From positions 1 to 64,000 of the forward strand of contig JAUCBJ010008354.1 of assembly GCA_032718475.1 (NCBI GenBank): 64,000 bases of DNA. The letters run 5' to 3'. Each line of letters begins with the position of its first letter. The first letter of the stretch is position 1. The notes beneath the pieces are model-generated. The model saw only the letters and a program-made list of their open reading frames with translations, had not been told where the DNA came from and did not search any database. The stretch comes from Nemertoderma westbladi (Eukaryota > Animalia > Xenacoelomorpha). Positions 34,310 through 46,085 of this stretch are shown here, piece by piece. A program made the translations under genes and the position numbers.

Positions 34310-37300
34310 TTGTCGTAGCTTTAATAATGAATAAACACCATTCTAATATAACCATAGTCTTTATTATTACAAAAGCAGTTTTTATGTATAAAGCAACGGT
34401 AATTACTAAGTCTACATTACTAAGTGTAATGTAGTACAATACAGCAATGTAGTGTGTTACGCTAAGTAGGCTTCCTAGCCTACCGGTACTACACAGCAGT
34501 TCAGTATGTTGTTACAATACCTAGCCTAATGCATTACAGCAGTATAGTCCAGTACAACATTTTAAATTTCCCTCTATAGTTTATAGTAATCTCCACACAA
34601 ACCTAAAACTGGGACGAGTAAATCAAAGTTATTTAAACCAGTGATAGATCTGTCTGTACTACACATTTCCGGGGACGATGCTGTGGATCTAAACTCCCCC
34701 GCCACAAATAAGTCTGTTGTGGAAATCAGAGAGAGAGACTGAAAATCTGGAACACGAGACGTCTCGCAGGGACTCTCACCTCTCCTGCAGAGAGCGATAC
34801 ATCACTATAGCTCCTGGAATCGGCTTTGTAAGGCCGTCGTATATTTAAAGCGATGCTTCCATCATCACTACTCCAGGACGAAGATTGCTAGTGATACCGC
34901 TTCACGGACATCTGCACAGGTCCATGCTATTAAAGATCTTCCCAAATACAAGGTATCAGATAGGTTTCTGACGGAGAAGATCAGTTACCAGGAGCATGAA
35001 GAAACCAATAAGCAGATACTGAGACTCCTGCAATGCTATGAAGATTCCGATAAGTATTTCCTGTTGTTGAGAAATCCACAGATGCGCTTAAGGGATCGTT
35101 TCTCTAGCACAATGATAGATGGGTTAATACATGTTGGAGGGAGATTAACTAATGCTCCATTATCCTTTGACACTAAGTTTCCCATACTCATTAGAAATCT
35201 TGAAATACAAATCAAGATGATTGAAGATGTTCACAGTAAGCTGTACCATGCTGGTAGAGAACGAGTTCTTAGCGAAATTCGAACTCGCTATTATTTCCAT
35301 AAACCCCGTAGAGCTCTGAACCAAGTTCATAGGAACTGTATACCCTGTAGCAAAGCATTCAGTAGGCCTTTAACACAGCGAGAGGCAGAATTACCTAGGG
35401 AACGAGTAAGCTTCTATGAACCACCCTTTACTAATACCGGTGTGGATTTATTTGGCCCTATTGAAGTATATCGTGCTAGGACTATAGTCAAGCGATGGTG
35501 TGTCATCTTTGTCTGTATGACTTGTAGAGCGATCCATCTAGATATGGTGAACGATCTATCTACCAACAGCTTCATGCTGAGTTTACGCCGACAGATCGCT
35601 CGCTTTGGAACTAGCAACACGATGAGATCTGATAAGGGAACGAACTTCATTGGCGCCAATAATGAGATCAAGGCTTACGTTAGAGATTGGAACCAAAGAC
35701 AGGTGGACGATCAGCTAAGGGTAACAGCGTCTAGCTGGACCTTCAACGCCGCCGACGCCCCTTGGTGGGGAGGAAGTTGGGAGAGATTAATAAGAAGTGT
35801 GAAGACAGCATTTCACTTTATAGTGCCTTGCCGCGCGTATCTCACCGACGAACTTTTGCGGACGTTAATGGAGGAAATCGCCGCCTATCTCAACGAGAGA
35901 CCGCTTATGCCAGTCTCATCGAATCCCGATTCCCTAGAAGCGCTAACACCCGCGCACTTCCTACTGAAGAAACCTGTAGCCATGCTCCCACGCTCGGAAA
36001 TCACGGACGGAGACGAATACTGCCGACAAACTTGGCAACTTATGCAGTTATTATCCCGTCGTTTCGCTGACCATTTCGAAAAACATTATCTGCCTACGCT
36101 ACAACTTCGAACCAAGTGGTTTGCGCAGCAAGAAAGCGTCAGCGCCGGAGACATGGTCCTTATTGTGGAATCAGATCTTCCACGTAAGCGGTGGCAAACA
36201 GGTCGTATCATCGAGACTCATATCTCTGATGATGGTTTAGTGCGATCGGTAGAACTCGTCGTCATGCGACATAACTTTAAGAAACCTGGAATTGTATTCG
36301 AAACGCAGCAGCTCAATCGCCCAGTTGGTCGTTTATGTTTACTGGAAAGAGACAGAGAACTATCCGGAAACTATGGAAGGCAAGATATTCATCCCACGAC
36401 CACCTCCCTAATCCAACAAACATCTAGGGACTCCCCAACGTAACAGCGTCTGGAGTGGGTGTGTGACTATATTATTTTATATTTGTTTTTTATTTTTATA
36501 TTTATGTATGTATTATTATGTAATTTTATTATAATCGTTTTCTTTAATTTTATTAAGTAGAATGTTATTTTGGCGATTATTTAGTAGAATTAGTGCAATA
36601 TATATTCGCGTTTATTACTTAATTACTTATATTATATATATTTAGCGTAACGGCGAGAAATAATTCTTTTTCTCTTTCCTTACTGTCCGTATCATATTAT
36701 AAATGCGTGACTACAGTAAGATGAAATATCCGTACTTATTAAAGTACAATAAAGCTCCTACTATACTCAAGTATTATTGGTAAGTAGAGTATTAGGAATG
36801 CAAAGTTCAGATCCCCGTGTCGCGTCTAAACCAAGCTCTGGGTAGACCTTGGAAACGACTTGCCTCTTCTCACTGACATTGCTTCTTGCAATATTGCTCT
36901 CATATCGTATATTAAATAATACATATAGTAGCGTGATGTCCCTTTAACAGTAGCGTAAAACGCAAAATAAATCTGTTAAACCCTTTGACCATCTGTAATT
37001 CTAGTCGATTAAGATATCGCGGCACCCACCGATATACTTGAAAGACGAAATTCTAGAATCAGTGGTTAACGTCCCCAGACATGTTCTGGAATAAATCGGT
37101 GCCCATCTTAAATATTAATTAGTTAATATTTATAAAAATATATTAAAACAAATGTTATAATAGAGTAAATGCATACAAATAAACTCTAAGGAGTTTGTAA
37201 ACCAAAAAAATTTATTAATCAAAATCTGTTAAAATTTAGATCCTTTAAAATTCTAGTCGATTAAGATATCGTAGCACTTACCGATACTCTTAAAAAGACA

Positions 37301-38170
37301 AATTTCCTAGAATCAAGGATCCCAGTCCCCAGACATGCTCTGGAATAAAATTGTGTCTATTTTAATATTAAATAATACAATTTACGGGAATAAATTTAAA
37401 TTCATATCCTTTCATGAATTTGATAAATTGTCATTTTATACAATTTATAATATTCCCAAAATTCCATTAATTAATAGATCATGGGATCGGAGATTCACCC
37501 TATTAAGTATATTAGTGTGTGAGAATCTCCAATATATAGTCAATAGCCGATAAAATTCATAAAATCATGTATAAGGGGAATATTGACAATTAAAGAATTA
37601 CTATTAAATAGCATCCCAGATCTGTATGCATGCGAATTACCCCAATTCTACTGCTAGCTTTCCATAATGTCACCATAGCAACAACCACGCTAGAATTAAA
37701 AGTGAGTTAAAAGAACAATAAAAAGCTTGCCCCATTGAATAGCACACAGAATAAATAGGGCACTGTTAGTATCCAGGGATACATAATAATAACGTGGCAT
37801 GCTGGAAGGCACTTGACTAACGGACAAATGGCCCGAATGTGTACAATTTGTGACAGTTGTGTGGAATTTGTGCGTTTATTGGTGAATGTTACTACTAAAG
37901 TGTGTTTACAGTAGCGAGTCGCAGTTGTGAAAGTAGCCCTACCTCTGCAGTAAGAACCTGAAGTAAATCTAAGCCCTTGGGACGGACAGTGGAGTGACTC
38001 GCGCTGGTTGTTGTTGTCGTTGTGCAGCTACTACGTTGGCGATAGACACAGCGTGACAGTACATCAGCGCTGAGGAGCTTGCACTGTCCGGGGGCATTGA
38101 GGGGGAGGCAGCAACGACTGCTAGCCTAAATTATAATTAATTATAATATCGATAAACTCATATAGCAGCT

Positions 38171-39673
38171 ATGACTGAGTTGATAGAAGATGATCTTGGT
38201 ATCAGGGAGCGATATACCCTACCATTGCAAGCATTTGTTGATAGTTTAATACGCGGCGACACTAGTCCACCCACTATGGAGGACGATGGCCATTATATCG
38301 AACCGCCAATGTCAAAGGAACAGCTCACGCGTGAATTGGACTATAGAAAATTCACCGCTCGCTATACGCATCGTAATGGTACGTATATAGACTTCTTTAC
38401 TACTGGCCATCCTATCGATTTACGCGATATGGATGATGTAGACACCGAAAGGGAAATGATCCTATTTAAATATCATACCCAGCGGAGTCGGAACTATAAA
38501 CTGAGAATCGAACACGAAAATTCTATTCGAAACCAACTCGAAAGAAAAGATGTTAAAGAACCGGATAAACGCAGTGACTTCAATGTATATTTGGAATTCT
38601 TCAGAGAGACATTGTAAAACTGGAGAAAGATCACCCGCGTTCCCTTACAAGACATGCGTCTTTGGTATTATTACGATGAATGCCCTAGACCCAACCAACA
38701 CACGGAAAGACATAAACATCCGCGGAGACGTTGCGCTAAACACAGTTTTACTCGCTATATTTATGGGAGTTTCGAGCGAAACTTGTTCAACATATCACCT
38801 ACGCTCGCTCGACTCAAACGATCCTTAAATAAACCGATGATCAGAGTTCCGGAATACTCGGTCTGACCTCCTCATTCCCTGGTGAGACCTCAGACTCCTG
38901 CTCCTAATAGTATGACAGATCCTCCTGAACTGTACTCATTGTTCAAAGATCTAGTGTTACCCGAACAATTAGTCGGTGGCACTCCGGTTGTGGGCTCCCT
39001 AAGATATTCACCCATCCTACCTAGCCGGATTGGGATGCGGACATTTAATATCGCCGTTCAACCCGTATAATCGTCCCAGTTTAACCCCGATACAACCTGT
39101 CACCGAGGTGGAGGAGAGAGTTGTACGAAACACGTTAGACACTATTCGACTAAAGATCGGAAAAGGAACCTACGATTGTTTAGAGAAACGTAAATTGCAG
39201 CAGCAAGTCCAAGCGGTAAACGAATTAGCTTTATCTCAATTCGATCGGGAAATCCAGAATCTCTAAGAAGATATCGAACTTGGACGACCCTACTCTCCGA
39301 AAGAGTTTTGGACGAATGTTTCCAATGACCAGTGGAGGAAAATCAGCTCGAGGAGAAGCATATCGATTTCGACAGAGCCCGAGAATGTGAGTCGGAAAGA
39401 ACCATCAAACCGAGGAAATTTCTCACTACACACGGTCCACCTACCACTCTCGTGCAGACGAATGGTCAGGGACCAGTAAGAGCTGCTGTCCTGAAACGCG
39501 CTCTGAAGGTTGTTCGACCTCGCTCCACTGAGGTTGATACCGATCAACCGGGTACTTCGACCGGCGGATACACCGACCGTAACCCTAAACCTTCTGATGC
39601 AATTGTATTGCACCCTTCACCTAGGAGTTATAGCCCTCCTAGTAAAGTGGCTCGCCCCAAAGAGAAAAGGACT
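38171..39673 (+). pseudogene. Family A accessory ORF, copy in A2
   Basis: Homologous to 4682-6136; in-frame stops and frameshifts. Confidence 0.7.
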
Positions 39674-39763
39674 TTATTGTCCTCTGACTTACTTGTATTT
39701 TTATATTTTAGAAACTGTGATTTTTTATATTTTATTGAATTAAATCCCATTTTCTGGGAGCGG

Positions 39764-40964
39764 TGTAAAAGCTTTTGCGGATATAACAGGTCATTTTTCT
39801 CCGCAATATACTGTGTAGGTGTTTTACCGGACATAACAAGCCATTTTCTCAGCAATGTACCGTGAAGGTGTTTTAGCGGACATAACAAGCCATTTTTATG
39901 CCGCAATGCGCTAATACTCTAAATAGAGTGTAGTTCAGATGACGAAATCTATCAGCTGATTTACTGTCGATGTGGAACTTCTTTGTTCAGCTCGCTCGGC
40001 CAATCAGAGCGATTTTCATTTTATCTTGCACAGAGGCCTACGGAAAACCGCGCAATGGATTACGGTCTTTGTTTACCTTTCTGAGCGAGAACAACTGCTT
40101 GGAAATTCTTATGTACTTCTGTGTTAGAAGTTTCAGACTTTGGCCAACATTAGATGGCTTTGATTACAAGAACGTAAATCTATTATCTGAATAACACCTG
40201 GCCCTCTGCACTGTGCAACTGTGCAACAAACCAAACTACGGTCACACATCTGACCTTAAACATTGCTGTATAATAAAACTGCATTATTTTACTGTCGGTT
40301 ATTAATTGTTATATGTTGGTGTATATTGCTGTTATATTTGGAGAATACCGATGAATAATCATAAAACCCTCAATCTTCTTGATTACTGAAGGTTAGAGGG
40401 ACCGGTTTACCGGTAGCAACTGCGACTTACATTATAGTGGTTTTAGTGTGCATTAAATGCTATTTCATAATCCCTACATGTGTCAGTTGCTATCCTCCTT
40501 ATACAGTTATATATGGTTAAATTCAGTGACGGTCGGCAGATCAGTGTGCAGCAGTGTGAAGTTGTATGCAGCAGTGTGACAGATAATAAAGCATCTCCTA
40601 AAGAATGCGCTATTTACGAAAATCAGTAGCCATCTCGTTGTGTTTAGTATAAGTCATAACTCTGTTTTATACTTAAAGCGCCACGTCCTAAAGGAACTGT
40701 TAATATTTCCCCGAAAGTGAATAATATTGTCAGAGATTATATAGTAACGATCAATCGAATAATACAGTAGGTCTGCAACGCAATAAGGTCAAAGCATCCG
40801 AATCCAGTCTCCCTTAACTGTGGGTGAATGATCGCGCATAGACTGGCTTCGGCTAATGTTACTTCATGTGCACTAAATAATTGTTATAGGCTAAAGTCGA
40901 TTTATAAACAAGAGGACACCTAAAATTGGCAGGTTAAACTGCTAAAGGTCTGAAAGCGCGAACA
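39764..40964 (+). repeat. 3' LTR of A2
   Basis: TGTAAAAGC...GCGCGAACA; followed directly by satellite. Confidence 0.9.
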
Positions 40965-41615
40965 GGGTTGTCTGCTGTGGGTTGTCTGTTGTGGGTTGTC
41001 TGCTGTCGGTTGTCTGCTGTGGGTTGTCTGCTGTGGGTTGTCTGCTGTCGGTTGTCAGCTGTGGGTTGTCTGCTGTGGGTTGTCTGCTGTCGGTTGTCAG
41101 CTGTGGGTTGTCTGCTGTGGGTTGTCTGCTGTGGGTTGTCTGCTGTGGGTTGTCTGCTGTGGGTTGTCTGCTGTGGGTTGTCTGCTGTGGGTTGTCTGCT
41201 GTCGGTTGTCAGCTGTGCGTTGTCTGCTGTGGGTTGTCTGCTGTCGGTTGTCTGCGGTGGGTTGTCTGCTGTGGGTTGTCTGCTGTGGGTTGTTTGCTGT
41301 CGATTGTCTGCTGTCGTTTGTCTGCTGTCGTTTGTTTGCTGTCGGTTTTCCGCTGTGGGCTGTCGATTGTCCAGTGCCGGTTGTTTGCTGTTGTTTGTAT
41401 GAAGTCGGTTGTTTGCTGTCGATTATCTGCTGTTGGTTGTCTGCTGTCGTTTGTCTGCTGTCGGTTGTCTGCTGTCGTTTGTCTGCTGTCGTTTATTTGC
41501 TGTCGGTTTTCCGTTGTCGGCTGTCGATTGTCTGCTTTCGGTTGTCTGATGTCGGTTGTCTGTTTCTACAGTCGGTTGTCTGCTTTTGATGTCTGCTGTC
41601 GGTTGTCTGCTGTCG
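40965..41615. repeat. 14-bp minisatellite (G/C)GGTTGTCTGCTGT, degenerating rightwards
   Basis: Direct inspection; produces repetitive ORFs in all three + frames. Confidence 0.92.
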
Positions 41616-41833
41616 GAGAAATGTTTACAACCATTATCTCGACCCTCGCTGGCACTCGGTAAATAAAATGCCTCGACAATAGTGTAAAACTTCTTTCCCC
41701 ACGTGAAAACTATTTATTGTTACTTTTAAATCAAGTAAATAATTTTGTCTAATTCACTAATGTTTGGAGTTATTTGTTACCACACCCTTTATTTTTTGCA
41801 ATTAACAAGTACTCCTGCCATATACACTAGAAC

Positions 41834-42080
41834 GGGTGAGTACAAAACAAAGACCCAATTAAGTAACCTGCATAATCTTGTAACATGTGTTAACTTTCTT
41901 GTATTGTTGTGGCTCCCCCAACACGCCTCTGAAACATGCTCCTTTACTTACCTGCTCCTTAAAATGGCAATGGGTTACAGAGGCGTGTTGGGGGAACCAA
42001 AACAATAAACTAAAGTTAACACATGTGTTTTGTACAGGGCTTTAGTATTTGGGTCTTGGATCTTTGTTTTTTACTCACCC
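41834..42080. mobile_element. Foldback MITE with 10-bp TSD (Mutator-like)
   Basis: Ends GGGTGAGTACAAAACAAAGA...TCTTTGTTTTTTACTCACCC; flanking ACACTAGAAC at 41824-41833 and 42081-42090; internal inverted repeat CCCCAACACGCCTCTG / CAGAGGCGTGTTGGGG. Related fragments at about 42270-42384 and 43335-43605. Confidence 0.75.
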
Positions 42081-42568
42081 ACACTAGAACGCCATCCATA
42101 TGGCTTTAAACGAACCTGTCTTTTACAGACAGACTCCAAGAAACATATGAGATTGGAAGATGAAAAAACGATGATATCCACGGATACAGTTTTTTAAACG
42201 CTTGTAAACTAAAGATTGAAAGCAAAATTCTGGCTCACTCAACTTTTGTGGTCGGGAAGTACGCCTATGTGACCTGCTCCTTTACTAACCTACTTCGAAT
42301 AAATAGCAATGGGACCTATGTAACGCTCTTTGGGACCTAACGCGACTTTGTTTTGTACATTGGGTCTTTGTTTTGTACTCACCCCGGTTAGATCCCATAC
42401 AGCCTGTTTGTCACTGTCTGCTGACAACTAGCACCCCCAACAAACCATTTATAATGAACGAACACACCACTGCACTGGCTACCGCCCAGGTTTGATAAAA
42501 ATCATGATTTTTCTTAAATCTAAAAAATCAGATTTTTTTTATTTAAATACCGATTTTTTTTGTGTTAA

Positions 42569-43301
42569 GGGGGGGGGGGGGGGGGGGGGGTGTGTACACC
42601 ATTTTGGTCAAAAATATGTCGAAATTTTTTTTATGATCTATTACCACGCAACATTGAATGGTGTTTCCAAATCTGAAAACCGCTATTTAATAGCTCTTTT
42701 AGTTTTCAAGTTATATAAATTTCCATTTAGGGATTCCTATTGAAATTACTATTACTATGTATAATGAAAGGTCGATTGTCTCAAAATATTTTTTTTATGA
42801 AATTTTCAACTTCAAAACCCTACTACTTCTACTACAATTTTTGAGCAATTAGTCTGAAACTTTCTGTGGGTGTCTACATAGCCACCCTGCATAAAAGAAT
42901 CAGACAACTTTTCGAAATTATTTGTTAATAAAATTTAATACTATTTATAAAAAACCTAAAAATTAGCATAAATTTGCAGCGCCACCTAGCGGTGCAGAAT
43001 TATTTTAACGAAATTTCGCCTGATAGTTATGTTGTCCCATCTTTGATCTATCATATAAAAAAACTTTCATGTGATTAGATTCAAAACTGTAAAAGCCTTA
43101 GGGTTTTAAGCGCAACCAAGTTTTTTTTGTTGTTAACTAGTATTAACTAATATTCAATAGCGAAAAATAAAAATTTTCTAACCTGTCATGTAGAATAGCA
43201 TCTTAGGTACCTATATGCCAAATTATAGCCAAAACCAAACAATTTTGAAACGCTGAGAGTGATAAATCGAAGAGTTGTCCGAAAATGGTGTACCTCCCCC
43301 C
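42569..43301. mobile_element. Non-autonomous DNA transposon with TTAA TSD (Kolobok-like termini)
   Basis: TTAA|GGGG...GTACACCATTTT and AAAATGGTGTACCTCCCCCC|TTAA; no long ORF. Confidence 0.7.
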
Positions 43302-43762
43302 TTAAATCAGATTTTCTAAATCGATTTTTTAAAGCAAAGACCCAATTAACAAAGACCTGTACAAAACACATGTGTTAACTTTCGTTTATTATTTTGATTC
43401 CCCCAACACGCCTAACCTGCTCCTTTACTAACCTGCTCCTGTATATGGCAATGGGACCTAACGCTCTATGGCAATGGGATATAATTACCTTTGGGACGTA
43501 ACGCGACTTTACCTCTTTGTTTTGTACAGGTCCCAAAGATCGTTAGGTTACATTGCCATTTAAAGGAACAGGTTAGTAAAGGAGCATGTTACCAGTTACA
43601 GAGGCTTGTCATTTTCGCTAAAAGTGCTACTTTCCACCCCCCCCCCCCGTGATATAAAGAGGTATATTAATAATGTGTGGCAAATTCATTCTGTTTGTTA
43701 AATATGGATATTTAGGTAATTTAATAGAAACATTAACGATTATATTCTAAATAAAATTAAAA

Positions 43763-44198
43763 CTGACTGTAAACTAAATCGTTGCGGATTCTAGAACGCT
43801 CTGACTGTAAACTAAATCGTTGCGGATTCTAGAACGCTCTGACTGTAAACGAAATCGTTGCGGATTCTAGAACGCTCTGACTGTAAACTAAATCGTTGCG
43901 GATTCTAGAACGCTCTGGCTGTAAACTAAATCGTTGCGGATTCTAGAACGCTCTGACTGTAAACTAAATCGTTGCGGATTCTAGAACGCTCTGACTGTAA
44001 ACTAAATCGTTGCGGATTCTAGAACGCTCTGACTGTAAACTAAATCGTTGCGGATTCTAGAACGCTCTGACTGTAAACTAAATCGTTGCGGATTCTAGAA
44101 CGCTCTGACTGTAAATTAAATCGTTGCGGATTCTAGAACGCTCTGACTGTAAACTAAATCGTTGCGGATTCTAGAACGCTCTGACTGTAAACTAAATC
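43763..44198. repeat. 38-bp tandem repeat, about 11.5 units, overlapping the PRPF3 3' end
   Basis: Unit CTGACTGTAAACTAAATCGTTGCGGATTCTAGAACGCT; only about 3 substitutions across the array. Confidence 0.95.
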
Positions 44199-46085
44199 CC
44201 AGTAATTATCTACAGAATGTTTCGCAAAGAATTGTTTCGCTTTCGCTTCTGTTTGACAAAGTTTAAACTTGATATCGCCAAAGTGTCTGTCCTTAGTGAC
44301 CCCCTCCCAGACCAACCGACACCGATTAACGGCCCCCTCCTTGCCCCCTTCCCCCCACTTTATCCGATCCATCATCAACCTCCGGTACCGCCTCTGCTGT
44401 TTCGGTCCGCCCTCCACAACCACCACGTTGAGATCCTTATGCAGCACAACGCAACCCGTCATGTGCAGCTGCTTGCAGTTCGTCTCAACTTTAAACTTCT
44501 TGGAAGGGTCGCTGAGATCGTCCACTCTATAGACCGACACGTTAACTCCCAAGGATGTGTCCTCTTTAATCTTAGCGACCCGTTTCTCGCGTCGCTGCTC
44601 CGGATTCAGCTTCCTCGCCAGGTTGTCCTCCTCGTGTCTCCGTTGTCGCTTCGCCATTTGGGCGCGGACGTGGGCCTCTATCCGACTCGGGTCGGCCACG
44701 GCTTCCGTCCCCAACACCCTCATCAGGTTGGAGATCTTCACTTTGGGTTCCGGCGGGGGCTCCAGACCCAGGCGGACCTTCTCCTGCTGCTCCTTCAGCC
44801 GCTCCCCGCGCTGCTGGCGGCGCAACTTCTTCTTCTCTTTGGGAGTTAAATAGGTCGGAATGACGGGTTCCTCGGGGACTTCGTCCGGGGGTTGGAGTTG
44901 TATTGGGTGTTCTATGTACCCGGTAATCCCAACGTACTGCCCCGCGACCCCCCGCCCCCCTACAGACCCCCCCAGGATCCCCTCATCCCACCATTCAACC
45001 TCCGGCACCACCTCCCCAACCTCCTCCACAGCGGTCCGCTCCTGTATCAAGGCGAGTTTGGCCACCGATTGGATCCCAGTTTTCTTGGCGACCTGCGATA
45101 TCTCGGACTGCAACCTCTCGAGCTGCCGTCGGGTTCTCAGCCGCTTCCCCAACTCCTGGAAGCGGCCGCGCTCGTGGAACTTGAACCCCCGACGACCGCG
45201 TGCCGTCGGTTTAACAGCCAGTCGCGGGTCGTAGAACTCGGAACCCTCGACGACGACGAGTTGCGCGTCGCTCCGTAGAAACTCCTTCCGGAAGTCGCCC
45301 TGCTTCTTGGCGCGGATGTTTGCCTTGAGTTCGGGGAGGCGCTGCGGTACGTCGACCGGCTTCCCCGAGCGGTCGAGCACCCGGCCCTGGGCGTCCAGTA
45401 GCAGCGCCGGCGGCTTCACTTCCGGAGACTCGGACAGCGGGGCGGCTGACAACCCCGCCACCTTCTGGAACACCGACCTACTCCGACTCAACGTCGCCTG
45501 GATCCGTGCTTGCAGCTCTGCCGCTCGCTTGGCCTTCTCCAGGGCCTCGGCGTAGGCGCTCTCGGCGGTTACACGCCCGTCTGTAACTCCCGTTACACTC
45601 CCCCCCTCGGTCCACGCCCCCGCTCCCAGCACGATCTTCCTCTCAGCGATCTGCCGTTTCGCTCCCTCCATTACGTCCTGTATCTGTTTCAGTCGCATCT
45701 CCGAACCCGTCGATTCGCCCTCCACTTTAGGTTTCTTCTCGCTAAGATTCTCGCCGTCTTCCTCCGATGTTAACCTACGTTTACCGACGTTACTCGGTTT
45801 CTCCTCCGCGAATCTTGACCGAGTTCTGCCTCCCTCCTGCTGCCCAAACTTATTGGCGCACTTCGCGTAAAGTTTCTCCACAAATTTGGAGGTTTTTTCG
45901 TTAAGTATCGGCCTCAGCGATTCTACCGCTCTCTCCTCATTGTAGTTTTTCCGGAGACAACGAAACGCCGCTTTTATGATGGCCTCATCTTTGGACCCGA
46001 ATTGTTTCTCCACCGCTCTCTCAACAATAGTTAATGCCAAGTCAAGGTCCTCATTCTGGGACAGTTTGATAACAGTGGAAGGCAT
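44154..46085 (-). CDS. PRPF3: U4/U6 small nuclear ribonucleoprotein Prp3, intronless
   Basis: N-terminal PWI-like region; Prp3 motifs PEVEWWD, IEHPIQLQPP, YLTPKEKKKLRRQ, LGLEPPPEPKVKISNLMRVLG; C-terminal domain KFKVETNCKQL, VVVEGGPK, LVWEG, YWDL. Confidence 0.95.
   Translation of the reverse strand: MPSTVIKLSQNEDLDLALTIVERAVEKQFGSKDEAIIKAAFRCLRKNYNEERAVESLRPILNEKTSKFVEKLYAKCANKFGQQEGGRTRSRFAEEKPSNVGKRRLTSEEDGENLSEKKPKVEGESTGSEMRLKQIQDVMEGAKRQIAERKIVLGAGAWTEGGSVTGVTDGRVTAESAYAEALEKAKRAAELQARIQATLSRSRSVFQKVAGLSAAPLSESPEVKPPALLLDAQGRVLDRSGKPVDVPQRLPELKANIRAKKQGDFRKEFLRSDAQLVVVEGSEFYDPRLAVKPTARGRRGFKFHERGRFQELGKRLRTRRQLERLQSEISQVAKKTGIQSVAKLALIQERTAVEEVGEVVPEVEWWDEGILGGSVGGRGVAGQYVGITGYIEHPIQLQPPDEVPEEPVIPTYLTPKEKKKLRRQQRGERLKEQQEKVRLGLEPPPEPKVKISNLMRVLGTEAVADPSRIEAHVRAQMAKRQRRHEEDNLARKLNPEQRREKRVAKIKEDTSLGVNVSVYRVDDLSDPSKKFKVETNCKQLHMTGCVVLHKDLNVVVVEGGPKQQRRYRRLMMDRIKWGEGGKEGAVNRCRLVWEGVTKDRHFGDIKFKLCQTEAKAKQFFAKHSVDNYWDLVYSQSVLESATI

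Larger units (their letters stand above)
29996..34597 (-). mobile_element. Complete Ty3/Gypsy element Gypsy-2 (Mag-like Gag), 4602 bp
   Basis: 287-bp LTRs at 29996-30282 and 34311-34597 (one substitution seen); TSD CAAAC (29991-29995 and 34598-34602); PPT GGGAGGGGAG on the minus strand at about 30285-30294. Confidence 0.95.
23708..36443 (+). pseudogene. BEL/Pao gag-pol of A2, disrupted and interrupted by Gypsy-2
   Basis: Gag core (KFNRDEMKWLPF), knuckles CALCDGPHRLSVC and CYNC, protease ALLDSGS, RT YYLTHH / DIEGMFLQV with degraded YMGD, RNase H LHVFGDAS, integrase GVDLFGP / SDKGTNFIG / WWGGSWERL; many stops and frameshifts. Confidence 0.92.
7384..40964 (+). mobile_element. BEL/Pao family A copy A2 (5' LTR split by A1; hosts B1 and Gypsy-2)
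   Basis: The 5' LTR remnant 7384-8317 aligns without gaps to 40031-40964 (about 19 substitutions in 934 bp by eye). Then leader, gag-pol 23708-36443, accessory ORF and 3' LTR 39764-40964. Confidence 0.88.

Noticed and set aside
36770-37110. Mostly open minus-strand frame in the A2 spacer
   Set aside because: Contains a stop shared with the duplicated segment, which also has frame-breaking indels; no motif support.
40968-41662. Cys/Val-rich ORFs
   Set aside because: Translations of the 14-bp satellite in all three frames.
43763-44198. 38-bp repeat array as a CRISPR array
   Set aside because: Head-to-tail units with no spacers, no cas genes, eukaryotic context; the unit derives from PRPF3 coding sequence.
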